DNA from: Camelus dromedarius | Taxonomy: Eukaryota | Length of the DNA stretch: 64,000 nt | NCBI RefSeq assembly: GCF_036321535.1 | Contig: NC_087437.1 | Location: 59,460,001 to 59,524,000, forward strand | Direction of reading: 5' to 3' | Shown here: piece after piece, positions 9,731 to 21,715 of the stretch | Layout: every line of letters starts with the position of its first letter | Numbering within the stretch: the stretch's first letter is position 1 | Made by a program: the position numbers and the translations under genes | Notes under the pieces: model-generated | Database searches by the model: none | What the model saw: the letters and a program-made list of their open reading frames with translations, nothing else | Told to the model about the DNA's origin: nothing

Positions 9731-12639
9731 CTCCCGAAAGAAGAACTCCCTCTCACTGCCCCACAGTCAGCAGAAGAGTAGATTTTAAACAAATTAGAAA
9801 GGCTCTGTTATACTAAGAAAGCACAATGGCTTCCCAGGGACAGAGCTGCTTTTAAGGGATCTGCTTCTGAAAGGAGAGGGAACTAGCTGGTAGAATCCAC
9901 CCCTGGCATCACACTGGAGATGAAAAAGAAACCTCACTGGAGTCACCCAGGACCCTGAGAAACATAACAATTCTATTAGGAGCCAGTTGCCCCCGTTTCT
10001 AACAGGAGTTAGTAATGCAGTGAGCAGAACCCTTTCCTCTGTGTGGCACGCGTCGGCAGCCCTAGCATCCGCTGGTAGGTGATGTGTGATGGAGCTTGCA
10101 ATGTGTGCGGACGGCTGGGGCTGGGAGCAGAGTCCGACACGTGCGAAGCTACTCAGGGCTCCTGGTGGGCAGGAGGCCACTGGGGCCAGGGCGCTCTGTG
10201 CTCTTGGCACCAGGTTTCTCTGCACTTGGCTGCATCTGGATCTGGCTTTATTGTAACCTGGGGTCCTTTCTGCTCTCGTTGGCTCATCCATGTTCACAAT
10301 GTGCCTAAGACCAGCGCTCTCCCTCCCCCCATCCCCTTCCACCAGTTTTGGAGTGACCCAATTTCAACAGCATTGACTAACCATCATTTTGGTAGTTTGA
10401 ATAGCTAAGTGGCCCTGGAGCTTGGCATCCATTCCTTCACCTCTCCAGGGCTGTTCAGTAACACCAGCAAAGGTCCTTGTTTCCAACCCCCCGGGAGAGC
10501 TGCCCTTTCCACCGCCCCTTTTCCTACCTGTCCTCTTCATCTCTGTCCCACTCCACTTCCTCCTGTAACACATCATTCCCTTCCTGCTTCTCTGATGACC
10601 CAGCTTCCCACCTGATCCTGGCTTCATTTTTCCTCCTTCCCACAAAACTAGCTCAGACTTTAATCACATCAAAGAAAAGAAAGCCCAAACTTGAAGGGAA
10701 AAACAAACTAAGCACACAGTCATCTGTTAGCACTAGTCCTGCAATTCTAGGGCATGCTCTGGCCCTGCTCCCCAACTTAGAAATGAACAAATGAGGCACA
10801 GAGAGGGTAATGTCCTGCCCACGGTTATACCTGGAGACCCCAAGACCCAGGGGTCCAAACTCCTAAACCCATGCTCTTTTCACATTCCTCCAGTTTCTAT
10901 GACTTAAAACCAGATTTTTAGCTTTGGGCTGGCAGCTACCGGCAGTTGAATTATTCTGTTTTCCCCTTTTCTTATGTACCTCTATATTTTATACATGGTA
11001 GGTGCTGGATGATAAACTTCATGCCATTCATCAACATGCCACTCCCACCGCCAAGTGGGCATAAGTGTCTATTAGCTTTACGATGCTGGAGGTAGAGGGG
11101 TCAGGTGTCTGTCTTCCTGGCAAGGATGCTCTCAGTGGGTGGGGTGGCACCCCCCAGAGGAACTTGGTCTCCTCTCGCTTCCACCCCTGAGATCTGGCCT
11201 GGTAAGACCTCGCCCTAGAAGAGCAGGTATAGTTGGAGGGTGGGGGAGCTCTTTCCATTGCACCATGTTTATTAATCATCTGTATCCTTTCTGGTTGGCT
11301 GAGTTCTCTGAGGACAGGCTGCGACTTCAGGCATCTCTGATTCACCACACTTAGCACAGAGCCCAGCACCTAGTAGGTACTCAGAAAATGTTAAAGAAGG
11401 AGTAAAGGGGTATTTCTCCAGGTTAGAAGCTTGATAAAGCTCAAGGTCATCACTCAGATGGAGGGGCCAAGGTTTTAAGGTTATACGTTTGGAAAGGAGG
11501 GAAGATTGGTATTCAATTGATTCCTCAACTCTCCATAAGGTAGAATTAATTCTCAAGATTTTCCTTGGCACTTCCCTGACTTTCTTAGGGAGGGGTGGTT
11601 CTGGTTTGGAGAAAGATGGTTTACTTGGACTTGGCTTTGAATGGAATTGCAGTCACTAAGGTTATTGCCCAAATCCCTGTAATTTGCACCATATGAAGGC
11701 TCATATAATGTGGTATGGCAGAAAGCCTGTAGGAAGAGCCTTGGATTCAGGCCTTGAAGTGATCTGGACTCTGCATTGACCCAGTCAAGTCACTTTCCCT
11801 CACTAGCCTCAGGATTCTCATAGGTGAAATGGATGGGTTGGATTTGATAACAGCAAAACTAATGTTCTGAATTAAAGAAGGAGCAAAGGTTAAGGTCAAG
11901 TGTGTTTCTGTTCCCTTAGTGGGTAAGAATAGAAGGAACCTCTGACTGCAAGCTAGAAACTGTCTGGGGCTCCAGGGACAGGGCTCATCTTTAGAACTCA
12001 CGGTGGCCTGGATCCTCACCAGAGTCTGATGCGGAGGTGATGTTCCCCTGGCCAAGCCAGAGCAGGAGATGCCTGTTAGCATTTCTTTCACTACCTCAAA
12101 ACTTGGAGGCCATGGTGTGTCCTAAAATGTGGACTGATACTGAATCTAAGGGCCAGGTAAGGGAACATAAACTAACTTGCCTAAGATCACTTAGCAAGTT
12201 GGGGCCAGAATTCAGGTCTCCTGACTCCAATTCCTACACTCTTTTCCCTGTATCTTCTGGGTTGGGATGAGTTAGTTTGGTACCCAGCCCCTATCCAAGG
12301 AAATGTGGCAGAGCCCAGATGTCTGATCAAAGGCCATGAGGGCACCTGGCAGCATGGTGTTTTGTTCTCCTAATGATGGAGACCAGGACTCACCTTCAAC
12401 AAGTCTGGGAACAAGAGGGAGTTGGCATCCTGGGGCTTGCTTCCCTACCCCCGCTCACTCCTCCCTGCTCCAGGACCCTCCCCAATCCCAGATCCCTCCC
12501 TCTCCTAGGGGAATTTGTTCTTTGCTGCCTGTTGGGGATTTTCCCTCCCCTCTGTTCCAGGATTAGCCAACAATGAATGGCTCAAGAGGTCACCAGCTCA
12601 CACCAAGATCGTCTACCTTCCCTGAGAGCCTGAGATTCA

Positions 12640-12810
12640 GACGGAAACTCAGCGCTCTTCTAGACCAGTCCCTTCCTTTTAAAATGAGGACACTGAGGCT
12701 CAGAAGGGAAAGGACTTGTTCAGGTGTTGCAAGGAGCTTATAAGAGAGCCACGATTAGAACTCAGGCTTCTACTTCCTCCCAGTCTCCTTCCAAGATGCC
12801 ACACTGCTGC
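12640..12810 (-). mobile_element. MIR SINE fragment
   Basis: ttttaaaatgaggacactgaggctcagaagggaaaggacttgttcagg...gattagaactcagg resembles the antisense MIR core. Confidence 0.65.
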
Positions 12811-15329
12811 CTTTCAGGAACCCTCAATGGTAACGCTGGGAGCCATATTTCCTTGGTGACGTGGGCTGGCTGTATGTGGGTGAATCGCAGGGCCCTCCTC
12901 CCTTCCACACTTTTGCCTCCCAAGCTATTTATTGTTTCTTGGCCTACAGTGAGTTCCAAATTCTTACCTAAATGGCCTTTTCATGGAGTTGACATTTTAA
13001 TAGGGGACTCTTGAATATTAAAAGCCTTTGAGATATAAAAGGCCAAGCAATAAGAGAATTTCAGTCACTTCGATGGGAGGAAGCTAGAGAAGGCAGGAAG
13101 AAATATTGTGGTGCAGGGAATACCTCTTCTAACGTTGCAGGTGTTCTAGCATCATAAGCCATATTTCTCTTACGTCTGAATTCATACACAAAGAGAAAGT
13201 GATGTTTCCAAGGTCACATGAGTTCAAGGAGGGAGCATGGGTAAGGCCACTGGGTTCTGCAGAGATATAGCATTTCCTGCCCCCACCCCCTACTTTCCAG
13301 CTTTTATGAAAATTAATAACATTAATAGCTCACAGACATACACCTGCATACATATTGCTATGTACATGGCCATTAAGTTATTAACTAGTCTCTGTATAAA
13401 ACGTTTCAACCCTCTTGGTTCTGTGTGCCAGTTCTGGGCTTGCAAACGATTCCCAGGCACCACCTAAAGATCTACAAAACCATCAGCAGTTCTTTTCCAC
13501 AGCTGCTGTCTGTCCTCCCCCAAGGCTTCTTCTGCAGATAAACTTCTCTTAGCCTTTGCATGCCAACTTGCCCTCAGTGTCCTTAATTCCCAGAGACAAC
13601 CACTCACACTACCTGATTTCCAGGAGAAGAGCTCATCTCTTTAAAAGAGCACCATGTGATCAGGTGCTTCTGTGCCAAACCACACTGCTTGTCCGAATGA
13701 GCTGTGTGGTGCCCCCAAGGTACGTGGGGCTGTTCCTTTCGCATCTGTAGCCGTGTTGCTGATGAAGGAAGCTCGCAGACCCCGTGGCTGGGCAGACCCT
13801 TTTGGAAGCGTTCATACTGATGAAGTCAAAAGAGGTTTTAGTCTTACACTGTATCTCTGCCACTTCATTCCTTTGACCCAGGTCTTAGCAAATGTCCAAT
13901 GTTACCTGGCAAATGTGTGATTGGTGGGGCTAGGGTATGGTGGGAGGTAGGATTCTTGTGGGCAAGGCTGTGGGTATAACTGAGAGAGACCTGGGCTTAA
14001 ACCTGGTTGTAGTCTTGGTTTTCTCCACACATGAGCTCTTAGACCTTGGGCAAGTTTCCTCGTGGGGCCAGTTCTTTCTGGGAAATGGAGGTAGTTTAAC
14101 AGCTATCTCTCAGGTTGTTTTGAGGCTCAAAATCCAAATGTTGGTTGAGTAAATGCTCTGTGTAAAGCACCGTGCAGGAAAGGAGTGGTGGCTGCTGGAA
14201 TATTCAGATTGAAATAACACAGTTGGAATGAGTGAGCCTCAGTGGGGCTCCTCCACAGAGCGAATGTGTACACGGGCAGGGACATTTTTCATGACATATT
14301 CCAGGATCCAAGGAGGGAAAACAGGCAAAAATGAAGAAGTAATCTATTAAGTACAGGAAACAGTAGGTGGGTGTATAAATGGCACGTTTTATGTGGAACG
14401 ATTATGGGCTAAATTTCCACCTGAAGCTCTGGATATCCACCTGAGCCTCGGGCTCCATGTGCAGCCCAGTCTCTTCCATCAGCTGTGGCTGGAGAGTGTG
14501 GCAACCGGCTGTGTTTTATTTGTTCCCTGTACTGGGATTCATTTTGTCAGCATTTGATGATCAGTCCAGATCAGTATTTCTAGTGTGATTAGTTTTCTGT
14601 ACTCAGACAGACACACACACACATACACGCTTCTTCCCTAAACTTTCCACAAATATTTACAATCATGATTTGATTTGCCTCTCAAATAGATGTCCCTGAA
14701 ATGGACATAATCCTCTAAAAGTGATTCTTTAGGCTGTTTTCTAGACACGTGGAAGTTCTGGGGTTACCCTTGGAGACATGCTATGTGGATTGAGTACACA
14801 CAGGAATACTTAGGATCCTCTTGTCCTGACGGAACTCTGTGTGTGTTTGTGTGTGTGTGTGTGCACACGCGCGTTCCTGTGTGTATGCTTGGGACTGTGC
14901 TCTGGGGCGAAGCTGAGCTGTACTGTAAACTCAAGCTGTTGGGGTTGGCATTAGTGTGAAATGATCAGTGAAAACTCGCAGCGCTGTGAGAGAGCTGTGC
15001 TGATCCTCCCAGACTTCTGCCAAGTAAAACTTCAAATCACATCACCCTTTCCTTTCCATTGTACTCTGAGTTTTCTTTCTTGTTTGTTTTTCATCTTAAA
15101 GGGTCCTTAGACTAATAGAAGTCACCAGGCTCTACATCGCTGGAGACCATGATCCACAGGAGCCTCTGCCAGGATGACCACAGATCCTGGGACAGTCCTC
15201 GTTGGTGCCTGATGTCCTCCCGTAATTATAGCAGAGCCACCTTTCGCTCTCAAAAGTGTCCTAGTTTGGATGATAAATTATGTTTCCCTACCTATTACCT
15301 ACATAATTTTAACCTTAACTTGTGCATGT

Positions 15330-15650
15330 CTTAACTCACTCATTCCTGCTCTCTGCATCACTAAAGAAACATTTACAATGCACCTACTGTGTGCCAATCC
15401 TGTGCTGGCTGTGGGGGTGAGGTGGGCAAGCCTGGGGTGGGGGATGGGGTGGACCTAGGGAAACAAGAAGCTGTTCTTGTTCTCATGGAGATGTTATCTG
15501 ATGGAAGAGACCAAAACATGTCCAACCTAAAAAGAGATATGGTCAGTTTATGTGCAAAGTGTCAAGGGAACACAGAGGAGGGGCAGCCAGCCTACCCCAA
15601 CCCACCAAGGGAGGGAGGAGTGGTTATAGAGGGCTTCACAAAGGAGATGA
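15330..15650 (-). mobile_element. LINE-2 3' fragment
   Basis: aaacatttacaatgcacctactgtgtgcca...ctgttcttgttctcatggagatgttatctgatggaagagac is antisense L2 3' end. Confidence 0.6.
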
Positions 15651-15959
15651 TCATCCTTTCCAACCATCAATGTGGTCTTCTCAAAGACTCTGAGTTAGAG
15701 AATTTTGCCTTATCTAGGTTCTGGAGAGCTTTTTTTTTTTTTTTTTTTTTTAAGGTGGAGATTGGAGGAAGTTTTTGAAAATCTCCAATCTGTGACCTCT
15801 CTCCAGCCCTGTACTTCTAAAGGCCATTTCAGAAGAGTATTTGGGTTTTCTTCCTCATTGGTCCATTTCCTGATCCATGAACTTGGCAACCAGAGGAACA
15901 GAATATTCCTCTATTTTATAATTCTACAATTAAATAAGGTAAAAAGTTCTGGTGGCTTT

Positions 15960-16620
15960 AATAAATTCCATACTCTTACTGGCCTAACATAAGGAGAGTT
16001 AATTTCTCACTTATGCAGTACTCAGTGTGAATACTCATGATTGTCAAAGAGTCATTCAGGGACCCAAGCTCTTTCTATAATATTGTGGCTCCACTGTCTT
16101 TTAGAGCCGGGAACATGGGCAAATTGGGCTGCTGGCTGTTTTGTACATGAAGTTTAATTGGAACACAGTTGTGCTCATCCATTCATATATAGCTGGGAAA
16201 TTTACTGGTATGGCTGTTAATGGAATATGGCATGACTTTATTAGTTATTATTCTTTGATAAGTTTAGGGATAAACCAGTCACACCCATCCGCTCTCTGCT
16301 TTGCACTACAACAACAGAGTTGAGTAGTTGCAACAAAGACTGTGTAGCCCACAAGCCGAAAATACTGACCATCTGGTCCTTTACAGAAAAAGTTTGCTGA
16401 CCCTTATCCTAGTGCCTGGGAATTCTCTCTGGGTCACCTGCTTCCGGCCAGAGAGTGTCTTCCAGGAAACAGAAAAAAAGTATGCATGATCATTTGGAGG
16501 TTTTAACGGGCAGGCCTAGAAGTGACACACACAAATTCTCACCACGTTCCACTGGCCAGAATTCAGTTTGTGGTTGCATGTGACTGCAAGGGCAGCAAAG
16601 AAATGAAGTCTAGCAGCAGG
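15960..16620 (-). mobile_element. Old ERVL-MaLR LTR (MLT1K/L-like) interrupted by MER58A
   Basis: gtcattcagggacccaagctctttcta...gcctagaagtgacacac...ccactggccagaattcagt...tgactgcaaggg...gaaatgaagtctagc flanks the MER58A on both sides. Confidence 0.6.
16105..16405 (-). mobile_element. hAT-Charlie MITE MER58A carrying a foreign 83-bp insert
   Basis: aagtttaattggaacacag...cagagttgagtagttgcaacaaagac...catctggtcctttacagaaaaagtttgctgaccc matches MER58A as I recall it. Confidence 0.85.
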
Positions 16621-19569
16621 AAAGGGACACTGGCTTGGGGAAGAGATATGGAGCCTCTGCTTCATCTTATGACCACGATCCAGGTTTACATGAGCTAAGA
16701 CTTTAGGAGGATCAGGAGAAAATCATTTATAAGAGTTTGTGAAGATATTCATCATTCAGTTTGAAGAGATGATTTGAATAGCTCAGGACCCAGAGCTCAA
16801 GTAATTTTTCAGAAACAGATGCTGCAAATATCAGCCCAGCACTAGAAGGAACGTTTGAGGGGGACTGTCTCCTCTATGGGGAAGATCTTTCTTTCCCCTG
16901 AGACAGCCCAGCTCTGATTCTTGAAAAGTTCTGCTGAGATTTGTCACATTGATCTGTGAGGCTGCAGAGAGATAACTCTTCCCCGACATACAGACAGGAC
17001 TGATCAGAAGCCCTCCCAGGAGAGTCCTGCTCCGCTTCCTTGGTCAGACCCAGCCATCTGCAGGGAGATGCCCACGTTCTTCTCTCCTACAGAGATGCTC
17101 CTCCCACCTGGGGGCCCGGACACCTCGGGGAGAGGATGGCTCTGCTTCCCCAGTGAGAGGGAGACCTGGATAGTTGCGTGAGTGGTCACTGCACGCTCTG
17201 AGAAGGCCCCAAGTGAACGCCACCACCCACCCAGAGGTCTGAGAGAGATCCCACTGTCCCATCAGAAATGTCTCTGTTAACCAGCTAAATCTTTGTTGTG
17301 ACCAGAGGGTGAGTGGAAGAGGCAGACTTTATATGGATTTTTATTTTCTTAGCATGCTACACTTATAATAGGCTAATCTAGTTAAAAAGTAAAGAGCTGT
17401 ATAGTGCATTTTAGAAATATTTTAATTCAAGACAGTATTTTTTAAAAAGGCTTAGTGTACTTAAACAGGATTATCTCGGAAATTTACTGGTATGAGTGTT
17501 AATGGAATATGGCATTACTATATTAGTTATTATTCCTTGATAAGTTTAGGGATAAGCCAGCAAACAGTTGAAATAAATGTATATTATCAAGAAAGAAAAA
17601 AAAAAAAAAAAAGAAGAAATGAAGGGAGGGAAAGAAAAGAAAACAAAGGCGACAAGCCTGTGTCTCTTCCAAAGAAGCAGCCCAGAATGCCAGCTCAGAA
17701 GTCTGGGTTTGCATCCATTCTTGGGTTTGCATCTCATTCCTGAGTTTGCACCCCATTCTACAAGGACTCCTGTGTGACATTGCACAAAGAAGTGCTATTC
17801 TCTGAGGTCTGGTGCCCGTTAGTAAAAAGGGATAATTATGCAAACTTACGGCATTGTGCAATTCAAAAGAAGTCATGAATAGAAGCCACTTTTTGTGGGA
17901 AAGTGTGATACAAATGTGAGGAATTATCCTTGCTGTCCTCCTGGAAGGACCTGAAAGGCAGGCTCAGGTTAGGTCTCAGGTAGAGTGGCGAGCATGCCCG
18001 AGACAGATTCTGCACACGTGGCAGCTCCATCTGCTTGATCCTTCCTTCTCTAGTTGCTTCCTGGGAATCCTGTTTCCCCACAAACTTCTTGAGGATTGGA
18101 GACCTAGCACTTATCAGGACCTGCATTCAGTAAGGCTAGACCCTGACTGGGGTGGCCCCTCCAAGGAACAATACCCCAGGAGGCCCATCTGGTCAGTGAT
18201 CCCTCTGGCATTCCAACCCTCCCTCCGTCTGAGGAGACCACCCTTCTGTGTAGGTGGTACCTCATACCTTACAAAGGATGCTGTTAGCCATTTTCTCTTC
18301 TGATGCTCATAACCAGGCAGGGCAGCAGCATCAATAACTCAATTTTCAGATAAGAGACCTGGGGGTTAAAGAGTGCAATGGAGTAGAAAAGAAGCCCCCC
18401 CCCCCCGCCCCCACAAGAGTTTAGCACCCAGTGTATGCCAGGCAAAGTGCTGGGCATTTCCAGTGAGTGCATCTCACAGTGGTGGAGTTAGTAATGAGCA
18501 GATCTGGGACTGCAGTCCAGGTCTCCAATTCCAACTGCTCTATAAGCACAGCATGGCTTGGGCAGGGGGATTATGGGCAAGGGATACAGGGGGTGGCTGG
18601 GGAGACAGGCAGGAGAGTCATAGGGAGGAGCAGGTGGGGGTGGGGAGGGGAGGTTGGCAGCTGGCAAGTATGAGGCTCTGGGTGGGGTCAGGGCTGTAGC
18701 TCCCATTTTGTGGCTGTCATCAAAGTGCCCAAATAAATAAAGGTTTGCAATTACAGGGAGACATGGGTTTGGGACTCTCCCAGCAGCAGGGCCCAGATGT
18801 TAATTAAGCCTGAGATAGGTTATTATCTCTCTCCATTGGATTGAACAGAGGGAAATTGATGCAGACGGCAGGTTGGGGACTTGCCCATTTGGCTGTTATA
18901 TGTTATTATTTATGGTTTTTAAGAGGCACCCAACCTGGTTTTTAAGAGGTGCAGCCGAAGGGAAGGAGGCCACATTTAAGTGCTAGTCACTGAGGATATT
19001 TCCCACTCCTCCCAGGCAGTTAAGGAAGGGCCTGCCCAGTCACTCGCATTTGCCCTATGGCTTTCTGGAGCCACCTGACTTGTGTTCCCACAATGGGGCT
19101 GCCACAGACCCAGAGAGCAGAGTGTGGGGTGCAGGCTGTTCCATCCCAAAGTCCTCAGTGCTGACAGGCAGGGAGGTACTCAAATAGTTAACAGCCAGCA
19201 TGACATGTTCACCCACCCATCTGAATGGACACTGGGCACAGCACTGCCCTGGTATAGGTCCCCAGGGGTCCCCTGTTTGGCTGGGGGTTAACTCTTTGAT
19301 TGCTGGGTCTCAAACAGACATGTGTGTGAGCGGGGTGGAGGGAGTCCAGGGGAAGGGCCTGGTGGTCTGGGTGACCCAAGAAACAGTACGGCAGGGAGGC
19401 TCAGGTCAGTGGCTATTTACCAATAGATACGGAAATGATTCAGTGTTTTACCAAGCAGTTGGCTGTCCTAGCAGAAAAATCAATGATGGGAAAAGAACTT
19501 TTTAAAATCTATAAATTAATTTACAAACATCAAAGATTTTACAATAATAATAATGATGATATTATTATA

Positions 19570-19812
19570 ATTTTGTTTTTGTTTTCTTCTTGTAAGTTTT
19601 TTAATTTAAAAGAATTTTATTGAAGTGTATTGATATACAATGTTAATTTCAGGTGTACAGCAAAGTGATTCAGTTATACATGTATTTACATATATATTTT
19701 TTCCTTTCAGATTCATTTCCATTATATGTTATTAAAAGAAATTGAGTATAGTTGCCTGTGCTATACAGTAGGTCCCTGTTGTTTATATTTTATATACAGT
19801 AATGTGTGTCTG
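19570..19812 (-). mobile_element. 5'-truncated L1 3' end
   Basis: T-rich tail, then ttttattgaagtgtattgatatacaatg...tttcaggtgtacagcaaagtgattcagttataca...ctgtgctatacagtaggtccctgttg. Confidence 0.85.
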
Positions 19813-20280
19813 TCTGATGTTATTATTAATAATGTCCAGTCCCTTCACAACAGCACCATAGGGCTTTGCTTTCATGCCTATTTTCCTTTTTTTTTTCTTG
19901 AGTGAGACAAATTACATTTATTCATTCACTCAACAAACAGTTTTTGAGCACCTAATACAGTAAAACTCCTGCAATGACAGTGAATTAGAGTTAAGACAAT
20001 TGGACACTGTTGTGCCTGTTTTCTAATGGGCTGCCTGTCAGATACCAAGAGGATGTTTCTGATTTGCTGGTCAGTGGACTGGGGGCCTAGGCTAATTCTT
20101 GCTTTTGGGGTGATGGGGAGAGTAAGTTCTTTCTTCCTCAGTATCTTCCATCAGCAAGGTTTTTACATTGTTGCAAGACAGATGGTCACCTATGGAAAAG
20201 GCCACCTATGTCTGCCTACCTTTGTAGATTAAGTAACTGTATATTGATGAAAAAGTGAGTTGCTTAGGGTTCAACCTTTT

Positions 20281-21161
20281 TTAAAAAACACCTTTATTAT
20301 GGTATGATTCCTGTACAGTAAACTAGACATATTTCAGATGTACAATTTGATGAATTTTGATAGATGTATACACCAATGAAACCACCACCATAATTAAGAT
20401 AGCTAGCATTTCCTTCACTCCCCAAGTGGTGCAAATTTTGAATTCCCAGTTTATCCCTTCCCACCCACTTTATCCCCTGGTAACCATGAGTTTGTTCTCT
20501 GTTTTGTAGATAAGTTCATTTGTGTCCTTTTTTTTAGGTTCCACATATTTGTGATATCATATGTTATTTTTCTTTCTCCTTCTAATTTACTTCACTTACA
20601 ATGACAGTCTCCAGGTCCATCCATGTTGCTGCAAATGGAATTATTTTATTCTTTATTATGGCTAAGTAGTATTCCAGTGTGTGTGTGTGTGTGTGTATCT
20701 CACATCTTTAACCAGTCATCTGTTGATAAACATTTGGGTTGTTTCCATGTCTTGGCTATTGTAAACGGTGCTGCTGTGAACATTGAGGTATATGTGTCTT
20801 TTTGAATTATATTTTCCTTCAAGTATATGCCCAGGAGTGGGATTGCTGGATCATAGAGTAAGTCTATTTTTAGTTTTTTGAGGAATCTTCATATTGTTTT
20901 TCATAGTGGCTGCACCAAACTGCATTCCCACGAACAGTGTAGGAGGGTTCCTTTTTCTCCACACTCTCTCCAGGCTTTATCATTTGTGGATTTTTTAATG
21001 ATGGCCATTCTGACTGGTGTGAGGTGATACCTCATTGTAGTTTTGACTTGCATTTCTCTGACAATTAGTGATTGTTGAGCATCTTTTCATGTGCTTGTTG
21101 GCCACCTGGATGTCTTCTTTGGAGAGATGTCTATTTAGGTCTTCCGCCCATTTTTGGTTGG
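20281..21161 (-). mobile_element. L1 3' UTR and ORF2 end, apparently composite
   Basis: tccatccatgttgctgcaaatgg...cccaggagtgggattgctggatcata...catagtggctgcaccaaactgcattccca...ctggtgtgaggtgatacctcattgt; flanked by tcaacctttt at 20271-20280 and 21162-21171. Confidence 0.9.
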
Positions 21162-21488
21162 TCAACCTTTTATTCTAAGCATCCATTGGAGTGAGTGCAC
21201 AGATGGCACTCCCAATATCACATGTGTGATGGGAGTGTACGGAGGGAGGGCCTAGGTGGCCAGGTGACACAGCAGGAGTACCGCAGGGAGGCTGGGGTCA
21301 GTGGTTGTTTACCAACAAGAGCTTCTCCACTAATCTACCGAGTAAGATTAAAGGGAGTGTCAGTCTTTGGTTGGAGGCTTGGAAGAGTGATCAACCATGA
21401 CTTTCAGGCAAAAGCTGTGGAGCGACATGGATTCCTCTTGCTGTCCCTGGCTTCAATCACTCTGGGAGTCCTGATTCTCAAGGACACT

Positions 21489-21499
21489 TTACGTATGTG

Positions 21500-21531
<32 letters not shown>

Positions 21532-21715
21532 TGTATGTATGTATGTATATATGTATTTAATTGAAATCCAATCAGTTACAATGTGTCAATTTCTGCTGTA
21601 CAGCACAATGTCCCAGTCATGCATATACATACATATATTCGTTTTCATATTATTTTTCATTAAAGGTTATTACAAGATATTGAACATAGTTCCCTGTGCT
21701 ACACAGAAGAAACTT
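21489..21715 (-). mobile_element. Short young L1 3' end with (TATG)n tail and target-site duplication
   Basis: L1 terminus at 21555-21715, (TATG)n at ~21494-21555, TSD tcaaggacact at 21478-21488 and 21716-21726. Confidence 0.85.

Noticed and set aside
16141..17743. Two ORFs sharing the peptide VNGIWH..ISYYSLISLGI, suggesting paralogous small genes
   Set aside because: The similarity comes entirely from the 83-bp DNA duplication; one ORF lies in a MER58A, the other runs into a poly(A) tract.
17703..17758. CRISPR-like repeat array
   Set aside because: Only three contiguous degenerate units with no spacers, in mammalian DNA.
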